Below, one piece after another: positions 39,888 to 50,746 of a stretch of DNA of 64,000 nucleotides. Positions within the stretch are counted from its first letter, which is position 1; each line of letters opens with the position of its first letter. Source of the DNA: Anaerolineae bacterium (GTDB lineage Bacteria; Chloroflexota; Anaerolineae; UBA1429); the NCBI GenBank assembly GCA_963675785.1, contig OY776562.1, forward strand, positions 2,656,001 through 2,720,000, in the 5' to 3' direction. A program made the translations under genes and the position numbers. The notes under the pieces are model-generated. The model was not told the origin of the DNA. It was given only the letters and a program-made list of their open reading frames with translations, and made no database searches.

Positions 39888-42464
39888 TTACAGTGAAGGC
39901 AGTGTTCCCAGCCACAACGAACGCCCGCTGAGCACAAAGATGCGCTGCGTCTCTTCATCTACATACAGGCCGCGAATGTCTTCCAACTCGCTGCCGCCGA
40001 TCTTGGACTGAAACTGGCGTACATAGTTGCCGTCTTTATCGAACTGGACGATGCGCTCGTTCCCAGAATCGGCCACATAGATGTAACCCACAGCTTCTGG
40101 GTCCTGCTCGCCAGACACGAAAATTGCCGTCGGGTTCAGCATGGATTCGGGTACGCTGAGAGAATTGAAAGGCTCTTGTACCCCATTGTAATACTTGTCG
40201 ATGTGCCCATCGGCAAAGAGGATGTACATATTGCCATCAACAGCCAAATCCACGGCGCCGGTTAGGTCAGATCCCAGATTGGCACTGATATAAGCAGAAG
40301 GAGCCTTGGTGTAGGCATCATCCACTGGCTCATACTTGAGCAGGGAGCCTAGCAGCGTATCGAGTACATAGAGGTTTCCATAATACGCCGACATGGCCAC
40401 AGGCTGGCGCCAGGTCTGGCTATTGGCCACCGGAAGTGCCGTTACACCCAAAGCATCATCAAAAGCAAATAAAGTTCCAGCGCGATCCAACACCGCAAAC
40501 ACCGAGGTACCCCGTAAACCATCATCGCTAATCCAGGCCATATCCACCAGCTCTGAGGCAGCCGTGCCATCGTACACCTGCCCCTCCTGGACGAGCAACG
40601 GGTCAGTGCCTACAGCCTCCAGAGCATCGCCTACATCATTCATCACATAGTGGTAGACACGGTTGCTGCCGCGATGAAGTAGGTATAAATCGTTATCCTG
40701 AAGCAGGATGCGCGCTGAATCGGTTGACGACGAGGTGTACTCATCCAGTTCGGCCAACTTGTAAAAAGTATAAATGCGCTCGACGACATTGATTTGGTCC
40801 AGGTCATGCTCAACGCGTGTCTTGAGTGTCGTTAACAGCGTGTCATCAGGGCGCATAGCCAAGCCTTGCTCGGACTGCAGTAGCGCCTCTTCAAGATACT
40901 GACGCTGTACGGCTGCATCCGTCGCAGAATCGGCCATCTGGTAGGCGTTCTGGGCAGCAAGCTGTATCGTATCGAATTGGGTTTCGATGGCCCGGTCATA
41001 TTGCACACGTGTGATGAGCACAAAAATCAACATCACAATGGGAATGGCCATGGCAATAAGTACAAGAGCCCGCCCACTCAGGGCAACTGTTTCCTTTTTT
41101 GCTGTCTCTTTTGGACGCTCTGGAAGCTTGTCTGGAAGAACACCCACGGCCCACTCCTCCATTCGACGAATAGCCCCACTAAACCAGGCCCTTGTTCGAT
41201 CCCAAGTCTCATGTCGACGCTGTTTTGTCACGGGGCGATCGACAGTCGACTCGTCGAGAGCATCGCCCTCATCCCAATAGTCTTCATCCTCGGGCTCATT
41301 GTCCAGCTCGACAGATACCGGTTCCTCTGGCGCAGCTTTTTCCCAAGGGAAGGCAAACTCGCTCTTCCCAGATTCCTCTTCCTCAGGTTCTGTTGGCCCC
41401 TGGGTTGATTCAGGTTCAGAATCTAGCTCTGGTTCTATATCCAGCTCTGGCTCGAAATCGGCTTCTGACTCAACAAGATCAACTTCTGTTGCGGACTCGA
41501 ACCCATCATCCGTTTCGTCTTGATCAATGTCTTCATCAGACTCTGTCGCGATGTCAGGGTCTGCAAAGAGCCCCTCGTCATCCTCAACTTTAATTACTGT
41601 CTTGATCGAATCAGATTCGTCGGCCTCTATCTCGGCCAACGCGTCAAATTCATTTTCTTCTTCGACGTACTCCTCATCATCGTCCAAAATCTCAACGATG
41701 GGCAAAGTCTCTTCCTGCACTTGCTCACTTGGCAATCGCGAGGGCGCATCGAGAAACTCGACGCGATGCAGAGGCACCGTCGAAGCCGGCATGTGCAAAT
41801 CTTGAGATGAGGTTGAGGCGACAAAAGCAGCGACACGGGCATCTCCGTTCAGCCCATCCCAATGTGTCTTGCCCTCAGCATCAGAATTGCCCACCAGACC
41901 AGCGAGCAGATCGCGCAAGTTTATATCGGGGGAATCACTCGTTAACAGCAAAGCATCCTGCTCAGCCAGGGGGACAGAGAAAAAGCGAGCGTTCACGCCC
42001 AACTCCAGACCTGCCACTCGGGTTGCATCCGCAAACTTGTTGGTTGAGTGGCCGTCTTCCAGACCATGAACTTCATAGAACTTGGTACCTGCCAGACCCG
42101 CCATACAGACAGGCCCAAGGAGCATAGCGTAGGCTATAGTCTGATCCCACAACAACGCACCAACGCCAGCCAGTATTTGATTCTCGACATCAGTGCGAAG
42201 GTTGTGCTCAAAGAGCATCTTGTTAGCTGCCGTCAGCGCCGCCTTTAAGCAAAGTCCCGGCTCATTCTCAGCGGCAAGAATGGCAGCGTCCATCGCTGCA
42301 AATATTTCTGTGCAAATGCGCTGAGGCAAATCGCTGGCAAAAGCCGGCGTAACCAAGCCAACAAAAGTCATCTGCTCATCAAGCTCTTGAACAGACACAT
42401 GCCAATCAGCCGACACAATATCTGCACCAGCTTTAAAGATCCGCACTCCCGTTAGGTCTGCCAT
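39888..42464 (-). CDS. Membrane protein: degenerate PP2C-like N-domain, acidic linker, one TM, NHL/beta-propeller C-domain
   Basis: LKAALTAAN..L...N and DALLLTSD (PP2C-like); long D/E-rich tract; TM LVLIAMAIPIVMLIFVLI; NHL-like DLAVDGNMYIL and IYVADSGNERIVQFDKDG. Confidence 0.7.
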   Translation of the reverse strand: MADLTGVRIFKAGADIVSADWHVSVQELDEQMTFVGLVTPAFASDLPQRICTEIFAAMDAAILAAENEPGLCLKAALTAANKMLFEHNLRTDVENQILAGVGALLWDQTIAYAMLLGPVCMAGLAGTKFYEVHGLEDGHSTNKFADATRVAGLELGVNARFFSVPLAEQDALLLTSDSPDINLRDLLAGLVGNSDAEGKTHWDGLNGDARVAAFVASTSSQDLHMPASTVPLHRVEFLDAPSRLPSEQVQEETLPIVEILDDDEEYVEEENEFDALAEIEADESDSIKTVIKVEDDEGLFADPDIATESDEDIDQDETDDGFESATEVDLVESEADFEPELDIEPELDSEPESTQGPTEPEEEESGKSEFAFPWEKAAPEEPVSVELDNEPEDEDYWDEGDALDESTVDRPVTKQRRHETWDRTRAWFSGAIRRMEEWAVGVLPDKLPERPKETAKKETVALSGRALVLIAMAIPIVMLIFVLITRVQYDRAIETQFDTIQLAAQNAYQMADSATDAAVQRQYLEEALLQSEQGLAMRPDDTLLTTLKTRVEHDLDQINVVERIYTFYKLAELDEYTSSSTDSARILLQDNDLYLLHRGSNRVYHYVMNDVGDALEAVGTDPLLVQEGQVYDGTAASELVDMAWISDDGLRGTSVFAVLDRAGTLFAFDDALGVTALPVANSQTWRQPVAMSAYYGNLYVLDTLLGSLLKYEPVDDAYTKAPSAYISANLGSDLTGAVDLAVDGNMYILFADGHIDKYYNGVQEPFNSLSVPESMLNPTAIFVSGEQDPEAVGYIYVADSGNERIVQFDKDGNYVRQFQSKIGGSELEDIRGLYVDEETQRIFVLSGRSLWLGTLPSL

Positions 42465-42668
42465 ATTCCCCTGTACTAGCCTAGATCATTTCCGCTTGCT
42501 CATGAAAAGCATCATTTCAGTTTAGGTTATATCGGGGCCCGTCAATTCCTACTTTTACTGTCTTATTATACTTTAATTTACTTTTATACAAGCTCTTTTG
42601 TAGAGTCTAACCCGCTACTTAATAACCCGCGCTTGATCTTTTCCCACCCAGATCCGCTTCGGATTCTT

Positions 42669-43940
42669 TCAAAAGGCCAGGCGCCGCCCCAGCAGAATAC
42701 TTTTCCGATCAGGATACCACAACACATCAACGCCATTCCGACTGGTAAAACTGCCGTATACGCTAAGATCCGCCCCTCCCACACCAGGTTCGCCCCGCTG
42801 CCCATCGATGTGGTAACCATCGGTGTCCGCGAACAGCATCGGAGGTTCAAACCAAAGGGGTTGACAAGCATCAGGATGATAGACTCCTACGGAAACATAC
42901 AGTGGCGCCCGGGGAAAAGCCTCCGATCCATCTCCCCTTAGGCAGTTGGCGTTAAAGTACAACAATACATATCTCCCATCGGATAGCTGGTAGATGGGGT
43001 CGGTAGTGACGGAATTGAGCATGGGCGATCCATGATCTCTGTCTAGCAGCGGTTGGGGATTGCTCCATGTGCGCCCATCATCTTTTGATCCGCTCCACCA
43101 GATGTACCCAGTACACGACCTCATCACACAGAAGAGGCTTTTATCGGGAAGCCGAACAAAGCTAGGTTCTTGAGCAGTACTCAAATGGGGATAAAGGTAA
43201 TGAGGTACCCTAAGGGCATCCTCCCCCCAGCCGCTATATTCGATGTCGATGTCGCAGGGTTCAGGGTCCGCATCAATATTCGTAAAACGCATAAACTCCA
43301 CCACTGAATCGCTCCATGTCCATCCCTTTTGATCAGAGGGACGGAAGGTAGATACAGTCGGATTGCACATGTGGGTATACCCCACAATGTATCCGCCCGA
43401 TAGATCCTTCATGGGCTTTTGCCATACGACCCATTCGGGAGGAACGATCCCTTGGGGATCGTCATAAGGACTAGTTGGCATGGGAATCGGCTGAGGCGAG
43501 GACCATGATTTCCCATTGTTGTCGGAATAGACGCCCTCCATACTACCGCAGTGCATCTGGACCCAGTATCCACCAGGCAGTACCGTGTTTCTACTATAGA
43601 GCACATATATCCTACCCGATGAGGACACCATGGGAAAAGCCCAGCTAGCCATGGGCTCATCGCCAGGATGCATCGGCCCCACCACGCGAGAGGGCGCATC
43701 CCAGGTAATGCCTTCATCGGCGCTCCTGGAAAACATGATCCGGTTACAACGAGAATTGCGCAACGGAGATTGGACCCACACGGCCATCAAAGAACCATCA
43801 GGGCCATCAAACACCAAAAAGTGCTCGTTCAGGCTGTCATTTTCCGATCCGTCATAGTGCCTGGGAATATATACGACATAATCGGGCTGGGTTCTGCTGG
43901 CCTCTTGTTTGAGTACTTGTCGTATGGTTTCTTGTCCCAT
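42669..43940 (-). CDS. Sialidase-like (BNR/Asp-box) beta-propeller protein
   Basis: Asp-boxes SADEGITW, SDNNGKSW, SKDDGRTW; EPS.VRLPD..L..VMR. Confidence 0.8.
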   Translation of the reverse strand: MGQETIRQVLKQEASRTQPDYVVYIPRHYDGSENDSLNEHFLVFDGPDGSLMAVWVQSPLRNSRCNRIMFSRSADEGITWDAPSRVVGPMHPGDEPMASWAFPMVSSSGRIYVLYSRNTVLPGGYWVQMHCGSMEGVYSDNNGKSWSSPQPIPMPTSPYDDPQGIVPPEWVVWQKPMKDLSGGYIVGYTHMCNPTVSTFRPSDQKGWTWSDSVVEFMRFTNIDADPEPCDIDIEYSGWGEDALRVPHYLYPHLSTAQEPSFVRLPDKSLFCVMRSCTGYIWWSGSKDDGRTWSNPQPLLDRDHGSPMLNSVTTDPIYQLSDGRYVLLYFNANCLRGDGSEAFPRAPLYVSVGVYHPDACQPLWFEPPMLFADTDGYHIDGQRGEPGVGGADLSVYGSFTSRNGVDVLWYPDRKSILLGRRLAF

Positions 43941-44114
43941 ATTTTCCAGACTTTATGTCGGTCCACAGCGAGTTCAACAAGTTCTGCTGTTCCACCAGTC
44001 ATTGATTGCAAATGGAAGGATCCAGCTTTTTGTGCAGAGCCAAGAATGGAAAAACAACCACTCTGCGCCCTTAAACCGACGGACAGATAAACATGCCGTT
44101 GCGACAGGAAATGA

Positions 44115-45674
44115 CTATTCCCACTCAATCGTCGCGGGTGGTTTGCTAGAGATATCATAAACCACCCGGTTCACCGCCGCCACTTCATTGACAATTCGGT
44201 TCGACATCCGTGCCAACACCTCGGCAGGAATCCGCGCCCAATCGGCGGTCATTCCATCTTCACTGGTTATTGCACGAATGGCCACCACATACGCATAGGT
44301 GCGACCATCACCCATTACGCCCACGCTCCTGATATTGGTCAGCACAGCAAAGTACTGCCATATCTCGCGATCCAGGCCAGCTGCGGCGATCTCTTCACGT
44401 ACAATAGCGTCAGCATCGCGAAGGGTGGCCAGCTTTTCCGCTGTAATATCACCGATGATGCGTACTGCCAGACCCGGCCCTGGGAAAGGTGGGCGGTAAA
44501 CCATCTCTTCGGGCAAATCCAAAGCCATGCCTACTGCGCGAACTTCATCCTTGAAAAGGAAGCGTAGCGGCTCGATGAGCTCCATGCGCATATCCTCGGG
44601 CAAGCCGCCCACATTGTGGTGGGTCTTGATGCGCGCTGCAGATTTGGTGGTAGCCGACGTGGCGCTCTCGATGACATCGGGATATAGCGTGCCCTGCGCC
44701 AAAAAATCCACATGGCCCAGTTTGGCCGCTTCGCTTTCAAAAACATCCACAAAGGTGTGGCCGATGATATGACGTTTGGTCTCAGGATCGGTAACACCCT
44801 CTAGCTCGTGCAAAAACCGCTTGGAGGCATCGACATACACCAAATTGCTATCCAGATACTCTTCATAGCGGTCAACTGTCTCTTGAGCCTCATCTTTGCG
44901 CAAAAGGCCGTTATCCACAAAGATAGCCGTCAACTGATCGCCAATGGCCCGAGATAACAACGTGGCCACAACAGTCGAATCGACGCCGCCAGAGACGCCG
45001 CAAATCACCTTGCGATCGCCCACACGTTTGCGAATGGAGTCTATGGCCTCCTCCACAAATGAGCCTGCCGTCCAATTGCCACTGCAACCACAGATAGTCC
45101 GACAAAAAGCGTTTAGCAGAGCCATGCCCTGGGTAGTATGCACAACTTCGGGGTGGAACTGGAGCCCGTAAAGCCCTCGGGAGACATTGGACATGGAAGC
45201 ATAAGGCGAATTGGTCGAGTGCGAGGTAACGACAAAGCCTTCTGGCAGTGCCGCCAACCGATCGCCGTGGCTCATCCATACTTGCATAGGGAATTCGAGC
45301 GCACCAAGCAGCGGATCATTAACAACATCCAGCTCGACAAAAGCCAAGCCATATTCGCGCTCGTTCGAGGGGATGACCTGCCCACCGAGGTTATAGGCAA
45401 ACAACTGCATGCCATAGCATATACCCAGAACCGGCACTCCCAATTCGAGAATAAAGGGTGAAAGGGAAGGTGCACCCTCATCATAAACACTATTGGGGCC
45501 ACCAGAGAGAATAATACCCCTGGGAGAATAGCTGCGAATGGTTTCCTCGTTCGCATCCCAAGGTAACATCTCGCAATAGACCTGGCATTCACGTACACGC
45601 CGCGTGATGAGCTGGCTGTATTGAGAACCATAATCCAGCACGAGAATCGTCTCGCGTGTCATTCCATCCGTCAT
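44115..45674 (-). CDS. guaA: GMP synthase (glutamine-hydrolysing)
   Basis: [46 protein letters not shown]. Confidence 0.98.
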   Translation of the reverse strand: MTDGMTRETILVLDYGSQYSQLITRRVRECQVYCEMLPWDANEETIRSYSPRGIILSGGPNSVYDEGAPSLSPFILELGVPVLGICYGMQLFAYNLGGQVIPSNEREYGLAFVELDVVNDPLLGALEFPMQVWMSHGDRLAALPEGFVVTSHSTNSPYASMSNVSRGLYGLQFHPEVVHTTQGMALLNAFCRTICGCSGNWTAGSFVEEAIDSIRKRVGDRKVICGVSGGVDSTVVATLLSRAIGDQLTAIFVDNGLLRKDEAQETVDRYEEYLDSNLVYVDASKRFLHELEGVTDPETKRHIIGHTFVDVFESEAAKLGHVDFLAQGTLYPDVIESATSATTKSAARIKTHHNVGGLPEDMRMELIEPLRFLFKDEVRAVGMALDLPEEMVYRPPFPGPGLAVRIIGDITAEKLATLRDADAIVREEIAAAGLDREIWQYFAVLTNIRSVGVMGDGRTYAYVVAIRAITSEDGMTADWARIPAEVLARMSNRIVNEVAAVNRVVYDISSKPPATIEWE

Positions 45675-45764
45675 TCGTGTCTATCTCCCAGATCTATTCC
45701 AATGATATCATTACTTGGCGATTATAACGTCGTGACGGGTCTCCATCAAGTAGGCAAAACTGCA

Positions 45765-45793
45765 TTGACTCTTGGCAAACCCTCAACTATCAT
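45765..45793 (+). promoter_or_regulatory. Sigma70-type promoter for the HNH gene
   Basis: TTGACT, 17 nt, TATCAT. Confidence 0.55.
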
Positions 45794-45833
45794 GCCTGTA
45801 GGATGCTGCAAAGATTGAGGAGTCGTATCATCT

Positions 45834-46364
45834 ATGGGATCTGTACTTGTTCTTAATGCTACGTATCAACCTCTAAGCACGGTAAGCACTCGCCGAGCAG
45901 TCGTCCTGCTGCTTAAAGAAAAGGCAGAACTGCTTGAAGCAGCCGAGAGCCGCTTACGCTCGGCCAATATTAGCCTGCCCGTTCCCCTCGTGATCCGCCT
46001 CGTCTACTATGTGCGAGTGCCAAACCACTTTGGCATTCATCTCAACCGGGCCAATGTGCTCTTGCGCGACAACTACACTTGTCAATATTGCGGCGCCACG
46101 CCCAGCCGCAAAGAACTCACCATCGACCACGTCGTACCACGCGTTCTTGGCGGAACCACCACCTGGGATAATCTGGTATGTGCCTGCAAGCCGTGCAATC
46201 TCAAAAAAGGTGGCCGGACTCCCGAGCAGGCCAATATGCCTTTGAGAAAAATACCCGGTGAGCCCCGCTACATGGCACTTGTGGTAGCTGGAAGCGTAGA
46301 ACAGCCCCAGGTGTGGGACAAGTATCTGGCTGCCTGGGTAACCAAAATGCCTTCTCTTAATTGA
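45834..46364 (+). CDS. HNH endonuclease (McrA-like chromosomal family)
   Basis: VLVLNATYQPL, RDNYTCQYCG, TIDHVVPR..GG..TWDNLV.AC..CN..KG. Confidence 0.92.
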   Translation: MGSVLVLNATYQPLSTVSTRRAVVLLLKEKAELLEAAESRLRSANISLPVPLVIRLVYYVRVPNHFGIHLNRANVLLRDNYTCQYCGATPSRKELTIDHVVPRVLGGTTTWDNLVCACKPCNLKKGGRTPEQANMPLRKIPGEPRYMALVVAGSVEQPQVWDKYLAAWVTKMPSLN

Positions 46365-48696
46365 TTACAACTGTGAGAGGGAGAACCCAAGAGTCCTGGG
46401 CTGAATCGGAATCTGCTATTGTTAGCCGCGCACCATCTGCTGCAGAATAGAGCCCGATCTCTATGGTATACTCGCCAGCAGGTGCACTGGCATCAATCTG
46501 GATGATATGCCGATCCAGTACAAGATCACCGACTTGCCAATCCAAAGCACTTACCGCACCACCAGCTGGTATTGCGTCACTCTGCCCCCACACTGGCCCC
46601 GCCGTTGCAGGATTAAAAGCCTCACCCAGCAAATGGCTGAACACCACCAACTCTTGCTGTGGCTCACCAGCCTCCCACACCAAATCTAGAATGAGCACAT
46701 CCCCTGCATGCGCCGTCGAAACGGCATTGCCGTCACCATCCGTCAGAGCATAGCCTCGCAGGCAAGCCGTATCGTCAAAGCAAGGCATGGAAGCTGTCGA
46801 GAAGATCTCTTTGGTCAAGCTGGCAGTACATACTACCCACAAAGTGCCCAGTTCGACGATCTCATTGCCAGTTCTAACCCGAATTTGATACTTGCCAGAA
46901 GGCCATCCCTCATCGATTGCCCAATCGGCCTGTTGACGTGCCCCGGGTTCTAGGGCCTGTGTGGCAATCAACTGACCATCCGACGTCAAGAGTTCGATAG
47001 AAACTGCCTCAGTCGGTTCCTGCTGCCAAAGCAAAGCGATATGCATATAGCGCTCGGGCATGAATTCGTCGACGGGCATCTCCCAACCGGCTAGAACGCC
47101 GCCACCCAGGCTCGTGTCCGCAACATTGTACTGCGGCGAATAGGACTCCAAGTTGAGCGAAACAGCCTCAGCCTCACGTGCATAAAGCGTCAACCCATTA
47201 TAGCTATAGGCCTCACTGAGAATCTGCGTATAGTTTTCATCCAGCCAGGTACGTGCCACTCCATCGGGATCAGTTAAATTGGTCTCCACCTCAGCCAGCC
47301 ATATTCGTTGGGCATCGCCTACTAGTGCCTGCAATGTGGCGACATTGGCCTCAGCAGATGTAGCCAGGCTCAGCTCGGGCGTCCAGAGCACATCTGGGCG
47401 TTCACCCCCATATTCGAGGCCATCATAATAATAGAGAAACACCGGATAGCGACTACCAGAATCGAGCAAGACCACATCTCTTGGCTCAGCCTGACTGAGA
47501 ATACAGCGGGCCATGCTCTGCAACTCGTCGTTTAGCACACGTCCATTATAATAGCGCGGCAAAAAACTGGCAGAGACCAACACTACAACCACACCGATAA
47601 CCAGCCCAACACGCTGCCAGTGTTTGGAGATTAGCTCCACAGCCCAACCGGCCATAACCCACACCATGGGAGCAAAAGGCAACAAATAGCGAGCTTCTAT
47701 GTTCGGGGTATAAAAGATACTACGCGGGAGCGTCGCGGCGTAAACAAACAGCACTGGCAAAAATCCCGACAGACCGATGGCAGCAACATGCGACCAGCGC
47801 AGTTCCTTGCGGACCAAGGGAAGCAAGGCAATGATGCCGCCTGCCAGAAGCGTTGCCAATAGCGGCACTGCGCCCCACCACACCGCATCGATGTTTACGG
47901 ATACGCCCGTGCCCAGCAGGATGGCGTACAGCTTGGCCACAAAGGTCAGTGTTGTGGGTGTTGAAACAGACCATGTCTGCATGCGATCCCAGCTAAATAT
48001 CAGCCAGATGGCAACCAGCACCCCAACGGCCAGTTCGGCCAGCACCCACCGCCAGAAAATACGTTTACGGTTGTAATGCCCGGAGAATAGCGCCAACAGC
48101 ACAGCGATATTCTGAGCAACTACCACAATGCCCACTAAAAAGATGGTATAGAGCGAGGCCGTGGTTGCTGCGATATAGGCCCAAAACCAAGGAGACAGTC
48201 GCCCCTGGCGGGGCGAATCATCGCGTTCATCATCAAGCCAACGAATAAGGGCATAAAGAGAGAGAACGCACAAGAGGCCTGCGAGAATGTACATACGCAT
48301 CTCTTGTGACCACCACACATGAAAAGGTGCGATGGTTGTGAGCAGTGAAGCAACAATGGCCGCACGTTTGCCCGCCACACGATGCGCCAGTGCATATACC
48401 GCTGCTACAGTCAGCACGCCAAAAGCCACCGAAAGCAGTCGCATGGCGAACTCGGATTCGCCCAGAGCCGAAACCCAGGCCCACAGTGACCAAAAATACA
48501 GCGGCGGATGAACATCGCCGGCCGTCCAGACAGTAACGCCCACAAACCCTTTGCGCACCGCCCAGATGGCCAGTGCTTCATCCCACCAGAGGTTGCTATC
48601 ACCGAGTCGCCACAAGCGAAGGATAAACGCCAATCCCAGAATAGCTGCAGGAACAAGCCATCGCCTGTGCGCCCAGGTAGTAATCCTAGTCCTCAT
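46357..48696 (-). CDS. GT-C fold (GT39/PMT_2-like) glycosyltransferase
   Basis: LWWDE, DVHPPLYF, SQEMRMY; many TM helices; C-terminal beta-sandwich module. Confidence 0.82.
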   Translation of the reverse strand: MRTRITTWAHRRWLVPAAILGLAFILRLWRLGDSNLWWDEALAIWAVRKGFVGVTVWTAGDVHPPLYFWSLWAWVSALGESEFAMRLLSVAFGVLTVAAVYALAHRVAGKRAAIVASLLTTIAPFHVWWSQEMRMYILAGLLCVLSLYALIRWLDDERDDSPRQGRLSPWFWAYIAATTASLYTIFLVGIVVVAQNIAVLLALFSGHYNRKRIFWRWVLAELAVGVLVAIWLIFSWDRMQTWSVSTPTTLTFVAKLYAILLGTGVSVNIDAVWWGAVPLLATLLAGGIIALLPLVRKELRWSHVAAIGLSGFLPVLFVYAATLPRSIFYTPNIEARYLLPFAPMVWVMAGWAVELISKHWQRVGLVIGVVVVLVSASFLPRYYNGRVLNDELQSMARCILSQAEPRDVVLLDSGSRYPVFLYYYDGLEYGGERPDVLWTPELSLATSAEANVATLQALVGDAQRIWLAEVETNLTDPDGVARTWLDENYTQILSEAYSYNGLTLYAREAEAVSLNLESYSPQYNVADTSLGGGVLAGWEMPVDEFMPERYMHIALLWQQEPTEAVSIELLTSDGQLIATQALEPGARQQADWAIDEGWPSGKYQIRVRTGNEIVELGTLWVVCTASLTKEIFSTASMPCFDDTACLRGYALTDGDGNAVSTAHAGDVLILDLVWEAGEPQQELVVFSHLLGEAFNPATAGPVWGQSDAIPAGGAVSALDWQVGDLVLDRHIIQIDASAPAGEYTIEIGLYSAADGARLTIADSDSAQDSWVLPLTVVIN

Positions 48697-49366
48697 TGGC
48701 GATGATCCTGCGCAGCTCCTTTAGGCGTGCCGTCGATATTTTCGGCGCGTTATCGAGTTTCTCTTTGAAAAAATCAGCCACATTATCAGGCTGTACCACA
48801 GGCACCGGTGGGTTATCGAGTTCCAATTCGATCTCTGGATTAACAAAGACGACGAGTCCGTTTACAGGTACGTCTTCCATGCCGCGCTTAGCCAACCATT
48901 TTTGCATCGTGCGTATATCTTGAGCAACATCCAGTTCGGGTCGCCCCACACCGGGTTCACCAAAAAATTGCTTGACTTTGCTGAATCCTGCCTTGTGATG
49001 CCATCTTTTACCGTCATACCACACACGGCCCTTTTGCATGCGCGGAATCACAACGGTAATGCCATGATGAGAAAGGATGACGTTATCACTAGGAAGATAG
49101 TAGCTGTAAAGAGAGTACCGACGATCAACCTGACGAAGAGCTTTGGCAATGACCTGATCTGCACGCGGCTCTCGCACGTATTGATACATGATAAAAGAGG
49201 CTACCGTCGCACAAATGAACCCAACAATCAGAAACACATACGAGAGAGTGACATTTGTCCCAACGACAAATAGACCAAGAACAAGGACAGCTAGGCCGAT
49301 AATGCTTCCCCAACGGGCTATCTTGGCCCTTTTTGCCAGGAACGCTTCATTCACAAATACTTGCAT
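48686..49366 (-). CDS. Membrane protein with NERD-like domain
   Basis: Two TM helices then DNVILSHHGITVV...G.V.YDG..W...VNGLVVFVNP; the nuclease E-x-K residues appear degenerate. Confidence 0.6.
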   Translation of the reverse strand: MQVFVNEAFLAKRAKIARWGSIIGLAVLVLGLFVVGTNVTLSYVFLIVGFICATVASFIMYQYVREPRADQVIAKALRQVDRRYSLYSYYLPSDNVILSHHGITVVIPRMQKGRVWYDGKRWHHKAGFSKVKQFFGEPGVGRPELDVAQDIRTMQKWLAKRGMEDVPVNGLVVFVNPEIELELDNPPVPVVQPDNVADFFKEKLDNAPKISTARLKELRRIIANED

Positions 49367-50388
49367 TACGCTTCCTCAGAATCTTCTAACGCGATGCTTC
49401 CAAGCCCTTCGCGTATATGATCAACCACTTTTTGCTGAACTGCCTCTCGGGCAACCCGGACGGCATTCTGAATTGCTAACGCATCCGATCGCCCATGGGC
49501 GATAATCACTACACCATTAACGCCAAGTAGGGGGCCTCCACCATATTCACGGTAGTCAAGCATCCCCTTGACCTTGTTGAACGCGGGCTTGGCCAACAAG
49601 GCTCCCAACGAAGTCAAGATGCCCGCCTGAAGGTATTCTTTGAGCGCAGAGAGAAGTACATTGGAGACGCCTTCGGCCGTCTTAATCGCCACATTCCCCA
49701 CAAAACCGTCTGCTACAATAACATCGGCATAGCCAGAAAGAATGCCTTTCCCCTCGACATTGCCGACGAAATTCAAGCTCGACCCCTTGAGAAGTTCATG
49801 CGCAGCGATGACTGCTTCGTTTCCCTTGGTGTCTTCTTCTCCGTTTGATAAAAGCGCCACACGGGGGGAGGGGATTTCCAGAACACGCTCAGCATAAATA
49901 GAACCCATGTGAGCGAACTGAAATAACCAATCCGGCTTGCAGTCCGTGTTTGCGCCGATATCCAGAATAAAGCACTTTCCGGTGCGGGTGGGCAACACGG
50001 TAGAAATAGCCGGGCGCCGAATGCCCTTGACACGTCCCAGGCGGGAACGGGACAAGAGCGCCGTGGCCAATACGCCTCCCGAGTTTCCGGCAGATACAAA
50101 TGCATCCGCCTGACCATCACGCACCAAGCCCATGGCAACCACCATGGATGAATCGGGCTTGGCTCGCACCGCCATCGCCGGGTGGTCGCTCATCGTGATT
50201 ACATCCGATGCATGAACAATTTCTATATCCAGACCGGCGGTATCATACTTGGAGAGTTCCTGCTGAACTATCTCCTTCTCTCCCACCAGCGTGATAGCCA
50301 CATCATATTTGCGGGCCGCCCAGATCGCCCCTTCTACATCGGGGCCAGGGGCACTATCGCTCCCCATTGCGTCTACGACGATTCGCAT
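49366..50388 (-). CDS. plsX: Phosphate acyltransferase
   Basis: IVVDAMGSD.AP, SAGNSG, LDIGAN, GEEDTKG, DGFVGN, IAHGRS. Confidence 0.96.
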   Translation of the reverse strand: MRIVVDAMGSDSAPGPDVEGAIWAARKYDVAITLVGEKEIVQQELSKYDTAGLDIEIVHASDVITMSDHPAMAVRAKPDSSMVVAMGLVRDGQADAFVSAGNSGGVLATALLSRSRLGRVKGIRRPAISTVLPTRTGKCFILDIGANTDCKPDWLFQFAHMGSIYAERVLEIPSPRVALLSNGEEDTKGNEAVIAAHELLKGSSLNFVGNVEGKGILSGYADVIVADGFVGNVAIKTAEGVSNVLLSALKEYLQAGILTSLGALLAKPAFNKVKGMLDYREYGGGPLLGVNGVVIIAHGRSDALAIQNAVRVAREAVQQKVVDHIREGLGSIALEDSEEA

Positions 50389-50447
50389 CTTATCCTCCCA
50401 TGAGTCTGCAGACGTTCAACATGAATTGTACCTGTGGGCATGGTGAG

Positions 50448-50475
50448 TTGACAAGTCATATTGTCTGTCTATAAT
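50448..50475 (+). promoter_or_regulatory. Consensus sigma70 promoter for tRNA-Leu
   Basis: TTGACA, 16 nt, TATAAT, ending 10 nt before the tRNA. Confidence 0.8.
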
Positions 50476-50485
50476 AATCCTCGTT

Positions 50486-50568
50486 GCCCCTGTGGCGGAA
50501 TTGGCATACGCGGCAGGTTGAGGGCCTGTGCTCGTAAGGGCGTACTGGTTCGAGTCCAGTCAGGGGCA
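50486..50568 (+). tRNA. tRNA-Leu(GAG)
   Basis: Acceptor GCCCCTG/CAGGGGC plus discriminator A; D-arm GGCGGAATTGGCATACGC; anticodon arm GCAGG-TTGAGGG-CCTGT; long variable arm; T-arm ACTGG-TTCGAGT-CCAGT; CCA not encoded. Confidence 0.95.
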
Positions 50569-50570
50569 CA

Positions 50571-50602
50571 GAGGAGCTGACTTTGATGTCGGCTCCTTTT
50601 TT
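50571..50602 (+). terminator. Terminator after tRNA-Leu
   Basis: GGAGCTGAC-TTTGAT-GTCGGCTCC followed by T6. Confidence 0.85.
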
Positions 50603-50654
50603 CGTCAATCACCATTGAGACAAAACACTGGAAGGGTCAAATAGTGGCGGCTCA

Positions 50655-50683
50655 TTGACACAAAGGCCCAGCACTGATACCAT
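50655..50683 (+). promoter_or_regulatory. Sigma70-type promoter for the lipoprotein pair
   Basis: TTGACA, 17-nt spacer ending TGa, TACCAT. Confidence 0.6.
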
Positions 50684-50746
50684 CCGAATTGTCAGATTGG
50701 AAGGCGTGCCTGGTAGAGGCACTATGAACATCCCCGGGGGGGAGCA

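Noticed and set aside
42538-42550. CCCGTCAATTCCT, matching a conserved 16S rRNA primer site
   Set aside because: Only 13 nt with no flanking rRNA similarity; treated as chance.
45834-46364. HNH gene as a homing endonuclease or mobile element
   Set aside because: It has the VLVLNA N-terminus of the common standalone chromosomal family and its own promoter, with no intron, intein or terminal repeats.
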